Positions 1 to 10,088 are shown, numbered from the stretch's first letter. The stretch: 64,000 bases of DNA from Chloroflexota bacterium (GCA_026707585.1 JAPOWQ010000032.1:7383-71382), one strand, 5' to 3'. Notes: generated from the sequence alone by a model not told the origin. Made by a program: numbers and translations.

Positions 1-1
1 A

Positions 2-2074
2 GTCAACAACTCGCTGTGGGACTTGCACAACCTCTTCCTGCTCTTCGGCCGCCACGACAGCGCGTTTTCCAGTGAGCCGCTGCGGATCCCAAGCTTGCGT
101 CGATTCTTCGGCGAGGCCGGCGCATCCAGCACCGAGCGACTGTCGGAGGCCAAGCTTTTTCCGCTGATCGACGCCCTGACCGTGCGACGCGATCGCGCCT
201 TTATCGAAGAGCGCTACCCGAACGAACGCTTCGAAGATGGCACCCGTGTGAGCTTTCCAACGCCCGAGTTGCACGAGCGCCGCTACGACCTGGACGGCGC
301 CCACCCCGGCATCGTCCAGGCGGTCTACAACGCTATCGACGGTCTCACGATGGCCCGCTACCGCCCGTCCGCCTATCGCCTGGACAGCCCCGCGGGTTCG
401 AGGTCGGAAGACGCGCTGGCTGGCCTGATGCAATCGCAACTGCTCAAGCGTTTCGAGTCGTCCTGGTACGCCGCGCTACAGACAGTCAGGCGAATGAGAG
501 ACGGCAATGACGCCCTGCTGCAAGTCATCGCGGAACGCAAGGCTGTGCCACCGCCTGACGTCGTAAGGGATCTGGTTGGCTTGTCTGGCGACGACGACTC
601 GTTTCTCAGCGCCGACCTGATTGACGAAGCGCTGGCCGACTCGGATGGAACAGTTCGCGCAGACGAATTCAACGACCGATTTGTGGTCGACCTCCGCAAG
701 GACCGCGATGCCCTGGCTGGTCTCGCGCTGCGCCTGCAGGGCCTGCACGACGCTTCCGATCCCAAGCTGGATGCGCTAAGGGCAGTGATGGCGGAAACGC
801 CGTCCGACAAGGTCGCAATCTTCACGGCCTTTCAGGACACCGCCACATACCTCAGGGAACAGATCGAACGTCAACCCGACCTCTTGGCTGACCGCAAGTG
901 GACCGTTGTCATCGGATCCCAGGTCGACGCCGACGCTCGCACCCGCGAGCTTGAACGCTTCTGTCCCCTCTCGGTCACGGACAATCCCGACTTTCGACCG
1001 GATGACGGCGAGGTCGACGTGCTGCTCAGCACCGACATCCTCTCCGAGGGCCAGAATCTCCAGCAGGCCCAGGCGGTCCTCTCCTTCGATATGCCCTGGA
1101 ACCCGCAGCGCGTCGTCCAGCGCAACGGCCGCGTCATCCGTCTCCGCAGCCCCCACGACACGGCCTACCTCTACACCCTGCTGCCCAGGCGCGGCGATCT
1201 GAACCGGCTCCTCAGGCTCGAAGCAAAGCTCCAGGCCAAGATCATGGCGGCCAATGCCTCAGTCGGCATGGAGACTCCAGTCTTGGCAGACGTCGAGTCG
1301 GAGTCCCTGGTCTTTGCTGACCTGAACGCCTACGTGGAACGCCTCGAGGCTGGCGACGTCACCCTGTTGAACGAGCGTGAAACCGGCGGCGAGACCGGCT
1401 CGGCCTTCGCCGGCGAACTCTTCCGAGCCCACCTCCGCCGCGCCGCCGAGGAAGGCGAAGTGGCCCGGCTCCAGGGCCTCCCTTGGGGAATCGGCGCCGC
1501 TTTCGTCCGACAGTCGCCAGCTCTCGAAGAGCCTGCCGTCTTCTTTGCCTGCCGCACTCGCCGTGATGAGCGCTACTGGCGCATGATTTCCGAATCTGGG
1601 GACATCATTCACCGCGAAGATCTCCCCATGCTCCGGCTCATCGATCCGGGCGATCAATTCGGCTGCCCAATCCCCGAGCGACTCGACCTCGAGCGTCTCT
1701 TCTCGCTAGCCGCCGCCGACATCTGTGAGACCCACAACGCACTTCTCGATCCAGAAAAGCGCGCCGCCGCCCTTCCCGCCAGTCAACGCTGGGCCCTGGA
1801 CGTTCTCCGCTCGCCCGATGCCCCCGCCGGCCGCGAATTCGATGAAGCCGACGAGGCCCTTTCCGTGGGACGCAACAACCTGGTTCGCCGCCAGCTCTCC
1901 GCCCTCCGTCGCGACTACGAAGCCGGCGGTATCAGCGTGCCCGACTGTGCCCGCCGCATAACCGACATCGTCAACCAATTCGGCCTCCGCCCCGTCCCCA
2001 TCCCTCAAGCCCCCGACCCCATAACCGAAGACGACCTCGGCGTCGTCTGCTACCAGGTCGTCCTCCCCGCCTGA
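2..2074 (+). CDS. C-terminal part (>=683 aa) of a superfamily-2 helicase (SNF2/DEAD-like); 5' end lies outside the window
   Basis: The reading frame is open to the window edge. Helicase C-terminal motifs V-VI (VLLSTDILSEGQN...QRNGRVIRLRS) sit mid-fragment, followed by a ~300 aa extension of unknown function. Confidence 0.7.
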   Translation, partial: VNNSLWDLHNLFLLFGRHDSAFSSEPLRIPSLRRFFGEAGASSTERLSEAKLFPLIDALTVRRDRAFIEERYPNERFEDGTRVSFPTPELHERRYDLDGAHPGIVQAVYNAIDGLTMARYRPSAYRLDSPAGSRSEDALAGLMQSQLLKRFESSWYAALQTVRRMRDGNDALLQVIAERKAVPPPDVVRDLVGLSGDDDSFLSADLIDEALADSDGTVRADEFNDRFVVDLRKDRDALAGLALRLQGLHDASDPKLDALRAVMAETPSDKVAIFTAFQDTATYLREQIERQPDLLADRKWTVVIGSQVDADARTRELERFCPLSVTDNPDFRPDDGEVDVLLSTDILSEGQNLQQAQAVLSFDMPWNPQRVVQRNGRVIRLRSPHDTAYLYTLLPRRGDLNRLLRLEAKLQAKIMAANASVGMETPVLADVESESLVFADLNAYVERLEAGDVTLLNERETGGETGSAFAGELFRAHLRRAAEEGEVARLQGLPWGIGAAFVRQSPALEEPAVFFACRTRRDERYWRMISESGDIIHREDLPMLRLIDPGDQFGCPIPERLDLERLFSLAAADICETHNALLDPEKRAAALPASQRWALDVLRSPDAPAGREFDEADEALSVGRNNLVRRQLSALRRDYEAGGISVPDCARRITDIVNQFGLRPVPIPQAPDPITEDDLGVVCYQVVLPA

Positions 2075-2112
2075 CATCCCATCCGGATAGCTTCAGTTTG
2101 CGGCCCGCAGGT

Positions 2113-2219
2113 CAAACCGCCCCATTCCCCACCGTCTGCCGCCTTCACACCAACGCCAAATTTCTCGAAATCACCTGACGCTGCTGCGGATTCGTCGCCG
2201 GCGTATACACCGCCAGCGC
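2113..2219. repeat. Degenerate direct copy (~105 bp) of the 3' end of the TPR gene (partner 2375-2484)
   Basis: Direct alignment by eye: caa(a/t)cgccccattccc...caacgccaaat(t/g)(t/c)ctcgaaatcacctg..gctgctgcggattcgtcg.cggcgtatacaccgccagcgc. It encodes a remnant peptide AVYTPATNPQQRQVISRNLALV, matching the TPR C-terminus AVYTPSTNPQQHQVISSNLALL. Confidence 0.6.
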
Positions 2220-2370
2220 GCCTGGCATCCAAGCCTCGGAACTACCGCGCACCTCGCGGCCGCTGCTCTTCACCCTTTCCTGGGGGAGAGGCAGACTCCG
2301 GCGTCTTCGCCGGAATTCGGTGAGGGGTCTTCCGGTCGAAGCGCCCGATAGTGAGTCTCGGCCGCTTGGA

Positions 2371-4092
2371 TCAAATCGCCCCATTCCCTGAACCGATTCC
2401 CTGCCTCCGCCTCAGCAACGCCAAATTGCTCGAAATCACCTGGTGCTGCTGCGGATTCGTCGACGGCGTATACACCGCCAGCGCCTGCTCGTAGTGATAC
2501 GCCGCTTCGCGCAGCAAATCCGGCTCGTTCTGCTTCGCCATCCCGAACAACATGCTCCCCAGGTTCGCGTGCGCCACCGCCGCCTGCGGCGGAGCGTTCG
2601 GACCCGTCCACACCTGCAACGCCGCTCGGAACGCCGCCACGCTCGCCGCCAGGTCCGTCTCGTTTCGGCCCTGCGCCCGAAACGCCAGCGCCATCCCCAG
2701 GTTGAACTGCGCCACCGCATGCGGCGCCGGGTGCGTCGCCAGCGGACGCGCCTCGCTCGCTGCCTGCAGCCGCTCGATCGCCTTGTCCAGGTGCGACGCG
2801 TCCCCTTCCGTCGAGTGCAGCGTCATGTACACCAGCCCCGCGTTCAGCTGGCTCGCCCCCGCGTCCTCCGGCCGGCCCAGCGACGTCCACAGCTCCGCCG
2901 CCCGGTCCAGCGCCTCCGCCGCCTCCGCCAGCGAGGCCTCCAGCCCCTGGCCGGCCGCCGACATGATCGCCGACCCCAGGTTGTTCGCCAGTTGAGCCGC
3001 CAGCGCCGTCGCCTCGTTGTTGCTGGCTGCCTTCAGACCTTCCCGGAACGCCTCCACCGCGGCGCTCGTGGCCCCCGGAATTCCGCGTTGCGACAGCTCC
3101 GCCTGCGCCAGTCCCCGCTCACTCCACATCGACGCCCGCTCGCTGTGCGGCGAATCGTCGGGGAGCAGTTCCAGCGCCGTCGCCAGCGCGCTGTCCGCCT
3201 GCCGCAGGTTCTGCGCCCGGTCCCCGCCCGGCCGCTGACCCCACGCCGCGCCCAGCGCCCGGTACAGCTGCGCCGCCTCCCCCGCATGCTCCGCGATGCC
3301 CGGCAGGTGAACCGCCTTGTTGTAGCTCGCGATCGCCTCCTGCAGATTCGCGTCCCGATCGCCCGCCTGGCGCAACCCGTAGGCCGCCGCCCGGTTCGCG
3401 TGCACCGCCATCGCCACGCCCACGTCCACGTTCGCGTCGTTCACCGCTTCCGCGGCCTGGTCGAATCGCGACAACGCCTCGTCCGCCGACGCCGGATTGC
3501 TCGCCAGCAATCGGCCCGACCCGTTCAGCAGCGACACCAGCAGCCCCCGCGCATCCGCCTTCCGCGCCGCCGCGATCGCCTCGTCGAACACCCCCACCGC
3601 CTGCCGAACGCTGAACGGATCGTTCGGCTTCGCGTCCTGGCCCGCCGCCCGCGCGTAACCCGCCAGCAACCGCGCCTGCAGACCGTGCTGCCCGACCGCG
3701 CCCAGCGCCCCCGCCGTCTGCGCGTACGTCCGCTGCGCCGCTTCGCGCCGTCCCGCCCGCCACTGCGCCTGGCCCAGCCGCTCGCTCGCCCCCGCAAACA
3801 GGTCCGGAAGCTCCTGCGGCGTAAACACCAGCAACGCCCGCGCCGCCGCCTGCGCCGCCTCGTTCAGGATCGCGTTGGACGCCTCGCCCTCCAGCAGAAC
3901 CCCGGCCAGGTCGTAATTCGCCAGCCCAAACTCCACCGGCTGCGACTCCACGCTCAGCCCCGCCACCGCCGCCCGCAGCTGCCCGGCGGCCGCAACCGGA
4001 TCCTCGTCCCGCAAAGCCGCGGCCCGCCGCCGCTCCTCCAGCGCCCGCTCAACCGCCTCGCCTACCAGCGCCAACCTCCCCAACCGCCCCAA
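2371..4092 (-). CDS. Tetratricopeptide-repeat (TPR) protein, 573 aa
   Basis: Ala/Leu-rich repeated helical hairpin motifs throughout, with no other recognisable domain. Divergent from the PhyH gene. Confidence 0.6.
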   Translation of the reverse strand: MGRLGRLALVGEAVERALEERRRAAALRDEDPVAAAGQLRAAVAGLSVESQPVEFGLANYDLAGVLLEGEASNAILNEAAQAAARALLVFTPQELPDLFAGASERLGQAQWRAGRREAAQRTYAQTAGALGAVGQHGLQARLLAGYARAAGQDAKPNDPFSVRQAVGVFDEAIAAARKADARGLLVSLLNGSGRLLASNPASADEALSRFDQAAEAVNDANVDVGVAMAVHANRAAAYGLRQAGDRDANLQEAIASYNKAVHLPGIAEHAGEAAQLYRALGAAWGQRPGGDRAQNLRQADSALATALELLPDDSPHSERASMWSERGLAQAELSQRGIPGATSAAVEAFREGLKAASNNEATALAAQLANNLGSAIMSAAGQGLEASLAEAAEALDRAAELWTSLGRPEDAGASQLNAGLVYMTLHSTEGDASHLDKAIERLQAASEARPLATHPAPHAVAQFNLGMALAFRAQGRNETDLAASVAAFRAALQVWTGPNAPPQAAVAHANLGSMLFGMAKQNEPDLLREAAYHYEQALAVYTPSTNPQQHQVISSNLALLRRRQGIGSGNGAI

Positions 4093-4380
4093 AACCCGCC
4101 CAGTCTACGAACCACCCCCAACCTCGCCGCTCCACCTCCTGACTCGATGTTTCGCTTGCTTTCATCCTCAAACAGTGTACACTGGAGCCGGTGGCCTCGC
4201 AACCCACCCGCGCCGAAAATCCACCGACCCCAAAACCCGCCAAATCTCGGGACCGCCGGCCGCCGAACCCCCCGGAGGGGTTCGGCCGCCGGCGGTCACC
4301 AGTACCCCAATAGAGGCCCCACCGTGTAGCATCGCCACGTACGGTTTCGGCAGTCCGCTGACGGCGGCAGGAGAACTCAG

Positions 4381-5181
4381 ATGGCAGTCGCGGAACCACA
4401 GCTGCGCACACTCACTCCCGAACAGGTCGACCAGTTCCACATCGACGGCTATCTCGCGGTCCACGATCTGCTGGACGCTGATGAGGTCGCCGACCTCGCC
4501 GAACGCGCCGACCTCATCGCCGCCGGCAAAGCCGGCCACGTCCCCGACACCAGCATCCAGCTCGAACGAGTCTTCCGTGAAGGCGAACGCGAAGTAGAAA
4601 ACCAGGTCCTCTCCGTCCGCAAACTCTTCAACCTGGCCGTCTACGACGATCTCCTCTGGGGCCACGTCACCAACCCCAAGATCGTCGACGTCATCGCCGA
4701 CCTCATGGGCACCGACGACATCAAGCTCTACGGCGACCAGCTCTTCATGAAACCCCCCGAAATCGGCGCCGCCCAGGACTGGCACCAGGACTCCGCTTCG
4801 TGGCGCGACATCCTGCCGATGGACCTGGTCACCGCCTGGACCTCCATCGACCACGCCACCACCGAAAACGGCTGCCTCAACTTCGCCCCCGGCACCCACC
4901 GCTGGGGCATGCTCACCCGGCCCCGCCTCGAACCGCTGCTGCCCGACCTGGGCACTGACGAATGGCCAGTTCGGGCAGCGCCGCTTGGGCCGGGAAGCGT
5001 CAGCTTCCACCACAGCCTGGTCCTGCATCAGAGCAACGCCAATACCTCCGGCATGCGCCGCCGCGGATACGCCACCCACTTCATGCGCGCCAGCTCCTAC
5101 AGGGACGAGGAAATCACCGACGCCCCCAAGATGCCCCCCTTCAAACAGGTTCGCGGCCGCTCGTTCCCGGGCCGCGTCTAA
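4381..5181 (+). CDS. Phytanoyl-CoA dioxygenase (PhyH) family Fe(II)/2-oxoglutarate oxygenase
   Basis: PhyH-type motifs (DQLFMKPPEIGAAQDWHQDSASW ... HHSL.LH.S.AN.S...RR) and length ~265 aa. Confidence 0.75.
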   Translation: MAVAEPQLRTLTPEQVDQFHIDGYLAVHDLLDADEVADLAERADLIAAGKAGHVPDTSIQLERVFREGEREVENQVLSVRKLFNLAVYDDLLWGHVTNPKIVDVIADLMGTDDIKLYGDQLFMKPPEIGAAQDWHQDSASWRDILPMDLVTAWTSIDHATTENGCLNFAPGTHRWGMLTRPRLEPLLPDLGTDEWPVRAAPLGPGSVSFHHSLVLHQSNANTSGMRRRGYATHFMRASSYRDEEITDAPKMPPFKQVRGRSFPGRV

Positions 5182-5209
5182 CGGCGCGTTGCGCTAGAGG
5201 AGGTCGGCG

Positions 5210-5998
5210 ATGAGTTCAGAGAGTCGCACGCTCACCCAGGACCAGGTCGACTCGTTCTGGCGCAACGGCTGGCTGGTCGCCGAAGACCTGCTGTCAGCAG
5301 ACGATGTCGCCCGTCTTGGCCAACGCGCCGACCAGATCGCCCGCGGCGAAACCGATGCGAATCCAGAGCGAGTTCAGGCCGAACGAGTCGTTCGCGAAGG
5401 CGAAGCCACGGCCGCCGCTCGCGAACTCGAAATTCGCAAGCTCTACTGGCTGGCCGGCGAGGACCACGTGCTGCAAGACCACGCCCGCAATCCCGCCATC
5501 GTCGACGTCATCGCTGATCTGCTCGACACCGACGACATCAAGCTCTACGCCGACCAACTCTTCATGAAGCCCCCGGCTATCGGAGCCGCCCAACCCTGGC
5601 ACCAGGACTCCAAGTCCTTTATCGACATTTACCCAATGGACCTGGTCACCGCCTGGGCCGCCATTGACGACTCTACCCTTGAGAACGGCTGCCTCGAGTT
5701 CGTCTCGGGCAGTCATCAGTGGGGACTCCTGAGCAACGATCAAATGGACGAGCACCGCTCGCTGATCGGCAACGCCCCCGCGTACATGCCGGATCCGGCG
5801 CCGCTACGCTCGGGAAGCGTCAGCTTTCACCACAGCCTCACCTGGCATGCCAGCCGAGCCAACACCAGCACCGCCCGCCGCCGCGGCTACGCCGTCCACT
5901 ACATGCGAGCCGAGTCGCGCCGCACTGAAGTCTTCGAGGCACCGAGAGTTCCGCCCCCGCTCCAGATCCGCGGCCGCTCCTTCGAGGGCTGCGTCTAG
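5210..5998 (+). CDS. PhyH-family dioxygenase, tandem paralog of the 4381-5181 gene
   Basis: Collinear with the upstream gene at about 55-60% identity by eye (DQLFMKPPAIGAAQPWHQDS, LVTAWAAID). Confidence 0.75.
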   Translation: MSSESRTLTQDQVDSFWRNGWLVAEDLLSADDVARLGQRADQIARGETDANPERVQAERVVREGEATAAARELEIRKLYWLAGEDHVLQDHARNPAIVDVIADLLDTDDIKLYADQLFMKPPAIGAAQPWHQDSKSFIDIYPMDLVTAWAAIDDSTLENGCLEFVSGSHQWGLLSNDQMDEHRSLIGNAPAYMPDPAPLRSGSVSFHHSLTWHASRANTSTARRRGYAVHYMRAESRRTEVFEAPRVPPPLQIRGRSFEGCV

Positions 5999-6003
5999 CT
6001 GGG

Positions 6004-7092
6004 CTAGGACGCTTCGGGAATCGAGACGTCCTGACGCATCCCCGTCTCAGAGGATCGGTACGCCGCCTGGACCGCCTCGTTCACCCACATCCCCGCTTCG
6101 TTCTCCAGCGGCGGCGGCTCGCCGGTCATACACGACTTGAAGAATGCGCTGGTCATCAGGCTGTACTCGTCATTCCGCGCGTCCTCGTCGCTAAACGTCC
6201 AGGATTTGTGCGGCGAGCCGGCGTGAGCTCCTCGATGTGACATCCACTCCAGCGGTTCGCCGCGGCGGGTCCCGCCCGGATTGAAGCGTAGCCAGCCGTC
6301 ACGGCCCCAAAGGATGAAGCCGGAATGCCGTCCCGAGCCGTACTCATGCCGAGTCACGTAGTAGCCGGCGCTCAGATTCCCCACCATCCCGCCCTTGAAC
6401 TGGACAGTCACGGAAGCTGCATCCTCGACCGGCAGCGGCTGGCCACCCACGACGCCAATCGCCGCGCTGACCGTAGCAAAGTCATCACCCGTGATGTACC
6501 GCATCAGGTCGAGGTAGTGGCAGCCCAAAAAAGTCAGGTACCCGCCGCCGGAGCGTGACTTGTCGAAGATCCAGCCACCCTGCAGAGTTTCCCACTGGTG
6601 CGTCCGGTCGTGATCGGCAATAAACCACGCCTGGCAGGCAAACAGGTCGCCCAGCAGCCCCTCGGCCACGATGCGCCGAGCCTCCTGCACGATGGCCCGC
6701 TGGCGGCTCACGTACGCGATTGAGAAGTTCAGATTGCGCGACTGGGCCTTGCGGTAAATCCGTCGGTAGTCATCCAGCTCTGCGAACCCCGGCTTTTCGT
6801 GCCACACGTGGCAACCGGCATCCAGCGACGCCTCGATCATTGCGGGCATCCGCCAGGCCTCCATCGTCACAAGCGTGGCAGCCGGCTTGAAGTCGCTGAA
6901 CAGCGCGTCGGGGTCGGTAAAGGTAGCCGTGACCCGGTCGCCCACGGCCTCCTTGGCGGCGTCGAACATCTCACCGGTGGCGTCAAGCACCGCGACTTCG
7001 CCAACTTCGGGATTTCTGGCCGCGGCGTACAGGGATCCCAGATGATTGCCAGTGGGCTCAATGATTAGCGCGACGCGCAGCGAATCGCTCAC
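6004..7092 (-). CDS. Gfo/Idh/MocA family NAD(P)-dependent oxidoreductase
   Basis: N-terminal Rossmann motif (LRVALIIEPTGNHLGSLYAAA) and a C-terminal Gfo/Idh/MocA alpha/beta domain. GTG start at 7092 with GGGAG 8 nt upstream. The long ORF upstream of this start is an artefact. Confidence 0.75.
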   Translation of the reverse strand: MSDSLRVALIIEPTGNHLGSLYAAARNPEVGEVAVLDATGEMFDAAKEAVGDRVTATFTDPDALFSDFKPAATLVTMEAWRMPAMIEASLDAGCHVWHEKPGFAELDDYRRIYRKAQSRNLNFSIAYVSRQRAIVQEARRIVAEGLLGDLFACQAWFIADHDRTHQWETLQGGWIFDKSRSGGGYLTFLGCHYLDLMRYITGDDFATVSAAIGVVGGQPLPVEDAASVTVQFKGGMVGNLSAGYYVTRHEYGSGRHSGFILWGRDGWLRFNPGGTRRGEPLEWMSHRGAHAGSPHKSWTFSDEDARNDEYSLMTSAFFKSCMTGEPPPLENEAGMWVNEAVQAAYRSSETGMRQDVSIPEAS

Positions 7093-7157
7093 AGGACGGC
7101 TCCCGACAGACGCGCCGCGAACCGCGACGCCGTGATTGGAGAGTGTGCCCCGCCTAG

Positions 7158-8045
7158 CTATCCCTCGCCAGACACGCGCGCGACTGTGATCTCGGCGTCG
7201 CGTGTCCAGACCTCGCTGAAGACCAGCGGCTTCGGTCGGCCGCGCTGGACGCCCGGTGGCTCGACCGCCCCGTCGCGAAGTTCGTTTCTGTCGCGCCCGC
7301 GAACCTCGTGATACCAGGACAGCTCGCTGGTCGCTGGCTCGATTGCGCGCTGCAGGATGAACTCCACGCGATCGAAGCTGCTGAACGCCACACCGGCCAG
7401 GAACACACGATCGAGCCCCTGCCCGTCCCACGTGGCCAGATCCGGAAGAATGACGGGCTCGGTGCAAACCTGGAATTTCTCGTTCCGCTCGTCGAAGTTG
7501 ATGAGTTCGACCGGGAACTCGATGGTCACCGTCAGTTGACGAGCTTGATCGCGATACGAGCAGACCGCATTCAACAGCGCACTGTCCCGCGTGGCCCGGA
7601 TGACTGCGGGAACTGAATCCAGCGGTTCCGCGCGGGCAAATCGCCGAATGTCGACGTCAAACTTTGCGTAGTGCTCGGCCAACGAGTGCCGTCCGGCAGA
7701 CTCGGTGTCCGTTGATGGACGCCTACCAATAGGGATTCCCAGCGTCTCGGAAAAGACTGCCCGGTATTCGCCGCTCGGAATCTGGAACAGATTCTCTTCG
7801 ACGATGGTGTACTCGGCCCGGCAGGGGGCAATGACGTAACAAGTAAACGACTCCCCGGCATCAGGGCTGATCGTCAGTCGCGCATCCGCCTTGAGTCGCA
7901 CGCAGATCACGTCGCCCGGATCGGCCAGCAGCCCGCCCGTGTACTTGTAGACCGGATCGGGTTCGTGCGGATGGTGGGTCCAGGTCAGGAACGACCGCGA
8001 GAAGTCAATCATGTCGATCTCCAGCGTCAGCATCGAGGTGAGCAT
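7158..8045 (-). CDS. Hypothetical protein (295 aa) between the dehydrogenase and the dehydratase; possibly a cupin-like fold
   Basis: ATG at 8045. The remaining upstream part of ORF 7158..9323 is antisense to the enolase-superfamily gene and is rejected. No motif recognised. Confidence 0.45.
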   Translation of the reverse strand: MLTSMLTLEIDMIDFSRSFLTWTHHPHEPDPVYKYTGGLLADPGDVICVRLKADARLTISPDAGESFTCYVIAPCRAEYTIVEENLFQIPSGEYRAVFSETLGIPIGRRPSTDTESAGRHSLAEHYAKFDVDIRRFARAEPLDSVPAVIRATRDSALLNAVCSYRDQARQLTVTIEFPVELINFDERNEKFQVCTEPVILPDLATWDGQGLDRVFLAGVAFSSFDRVEFILQRAIEPATSELSWYHEVRGRDRNELRDGAVEPPGVQRGRPKPLVFSEVWTRDAEITVARVSGEG

Positions 8046-8132
8046 AGCCGCGTTTACGTGGCCTAGCTGGCGAGCAGGGCTAATCGATGCGTGTCGTTCC
8101 GATGGGTGGGATTCTCCTGCGCGCGTTAGAGT

Positions 8133-9305
8133 TTGGAGCAGCCTGGCTGGGGGATCGGAACGTTGAATATCACAGGGCTGGCCTGCGACTTCATCAACGA
8201 TGGGTCGCGGAACTGGCCGATCGTGAGGGTCATGACCGATGCCGGTATCACGGGTATCGGCGAGGCCTATCCGGTCGGTCCTGACAAGGCGGTCGCCGAG
8301 ACCGTTCGATATTTCGAGGACTGGGTGCTCGGCTTCGACCCGCTGGACGGCGAACGCATCTGGCACGAGTTGTATGCCGGCAGCCGGTTTCCCACCGGCT
8401 CGGTGATCACGGCCGCGATCAGCGGCATCGACCAGGCGCTCTGGGACATCAAGGGCAAGGCCCTTGGAACCCCGGTGTATCAGCTGCTGGGCGGCAAGGT
8501 GCGCGACCGGGTACGCGTGTACCAATCGGCGCACGGCGCTACGCCCGAGGCCATGGGCGAGCACGCCAAGCGGCTGATCGAGACGAATGGCTACACGGCG
8601 CTGAAGATCGGTCCCTCCGCGCCAGACGACGATGCAGATCCCTGGGCCGTTCAGCTCGACACCGCCGAGCGGCGCATGGCGGCGGTGCGCGAAGCCGCCG
8701 GTGATGCCATTGACATCGGCGTCGACCCACACGCCAAGATCCTCGAACCGGCTCGGGCCCTGGAAATGGCCGAACGAATTCGCCCGTACCGTCCCTTTTT
8801 CTTCGAGGAGCCGGTCCGGCCGGAGCAGTTCGAACCGCTGGCCAAGCTGGCACGCAAGTGCCCAATCCCGATCGCCACCGGGGAGTGCCTCTACACGAAG
8901 TACGAGTTCCAGCGACTGCTGGCTACCGGCGCGGCGGACATCATCCAGCCCGACGTCTGCGTGACAGGCGGCCTGACCGAGATGAAGAAGATCGCGGCCA
9001 TGGCCGAGGCGCATTATGTGAGCGTTGCACCGCACAACCCACTGGGGCCGCTTGCCACGGCCGTGAACGTCCACTTTGCGGCAACGGCGCCCAACTTCCT
9101 GATCCTCGAATACCACGCCGACGACGCGGGAGTTCGGGCTGAGGTGCTGGTTGAGCCGATTCAGCTGGACGATGGCTACGTGGCCATTCCCGAAGGGCCA
9201 GGCCTGGGCGTGGAACTGAGCGATGGGATCTTGGAGAAGTATCCCTACCGGCCGTGGCGCCGAGGTCGTCCCACGAAAGCGGACGGCATGCTCGCGTACA
9301 TCTAG
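8133..9305 (+). CDS. Enolase-superfamily enzyme (mandelate racemase/muconate lactonizing enzyme family; probable sugar-acid dehydratase)
   Basis: MR/MLE N-terminal and TIM-barrel motifs (ITGIGEAYP, ALWDIKGKALGTPVYQLLGG, metal-binding D/E/D region). Confidence 0.85.
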   Translation: MEQPGWGIGTLNITGLACDFINDGSRNWPIVRVMTDAGITGIGEAYPVGPDKAVAETVRYFEDWVLGFDPLDGERIWHELYAGSRFPTGSVITAAISGIDQALWDIKGKALGTPVYQLLGGKVRDRVRVYQSAHGATPEAMGEHAKRLIETNGYTALKIGPSAPDDDADPWAVQLDTAERRMAAVREAAGDAIDIGVDPHAKILEPARALEMAERIRPYRPFFFEEPVRPEQFEPLAKLARKCPIPIATGECLYTKYEFQRLLATGAADIIQPDVCVTGGLTEMKKIAAMAEAHYVSVAPHNPLGPLATAVNVHFAATAPNFLILEYHADDAGVRAEVLVEPIQLDDGYVAIPEGPGLGVELSDGILEKYPYRPWRRGRPTKADGMLAYI

Positions 9306-9307
9306 CG

Positions 9308-10060
9308 ATGACCCCACACGCACGGCGGTGGCGATGCTTCGGATTGTGGACCTGGCTCCTGGGATCGACCCTCGCTGTCGCGCTGCTGGCCGCCTGCGGT
9401 GAAACCCAGCCAGCGCCTGAGGGCTCCGCCGAGTTCGACCGCTCCGCGTACGAAGACGCGATCGCCGGCGGTGAACTTTCCGTATCGGCTCGCCTTGAAT
9501 CGCCGACGAATGATGGCGACGGTGACGTACGGGTCGAAGTGGATCGGCGTCCGTCCGACCTCACAACTCGCCTGGCCGTGTCGATTGCTCGCGAGTCAGG
9601 GCAGGTCGCTTTCGAAGTTATAGAAGTCGGCGACAGGACCTACTTCCGACAGGGACCAGCCGACGCCGATGGCGAGTGGATTGCCACTGATCGCAGCGCG
9701 CCTGGCGCCGACACTCCGCGTGTCGAGGCACTGGCGAGAGCCTTTCCGGTGGTCGGAGACATTGCCGGCTCGGTCCGTGCCGACGGGTGGACCGAGCGCG
9801 GGGCCGAGCCGTGCCCTTCCACCGGAAGCTGCTTTGTGCTCACCAACCCGGCCTTCGAATTCGCCAGCCTGTACGTCGACGCCGATAGCTACCGCCCTGT
9901 GCATATCCGGCTGGCGCGGCCCGGCATGCGGGCGGCGGGCGAGATCGAAATCGACTGGATGGCGACCGATTCCGTTGAGCCGCCAGCAAATGCCCGGGCT
10001 GTAGACGCAGGGGAATTCGCGGCGACTCTCGGGCCGGTCATGCAGGCTATCGGCCTTTAG
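9308..10060 (+). CDS. Putative lipoprotein (signal peptide plus lipobox LLAACG)
   Basis: N-terminal basic region, hydrophobic core and Cys. ATG at 9308 lies 3 nt after the stop of the upstream gene. Confidence 0.5.
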   Translation: MTPHARRWRCFGLWTWLLGSTLAVALLAACGETQPAPEGSAEFDRSAYEDAIAGGELSVSARLESPTNDGDGDVRVEVDRRPSDLTTRLAVSIARESGQVAFEVIEVGDRTYFRQGPADADGEWIATDRSAPGADTPRVEALARAFPVVGDIAGSVRADGWTERGAEPCPSTGSCFVLTNPAFEFASLYVDADSYRPVHIRLARPGMRAAGEIEIDWMATDSVEPPANARAVDAGEFAATLGPVMQAIGL

Positions 10061-10088
10061 CTGCTGTCGGACCCCTTGGATTCAGCCG

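Noticed and set aside
2443-4329. 628-aa Arg/Pro-rich ORF on the plus strand
   Set aside because: It is fully antisense to the TPR gene. Its extreme Arg/Pro/Gln composition is typical of an out-of-frame reading of GC-rich coding DNA.
8046-9323. Upstream 425 aa of the 721-aa minus-strand ORF 7158..9323
   Set aside because: It is antisense to the well-supported enolase-superfamily gene. Only the C-terminal 295 aa, from ATG 8045, are kept as a gene.
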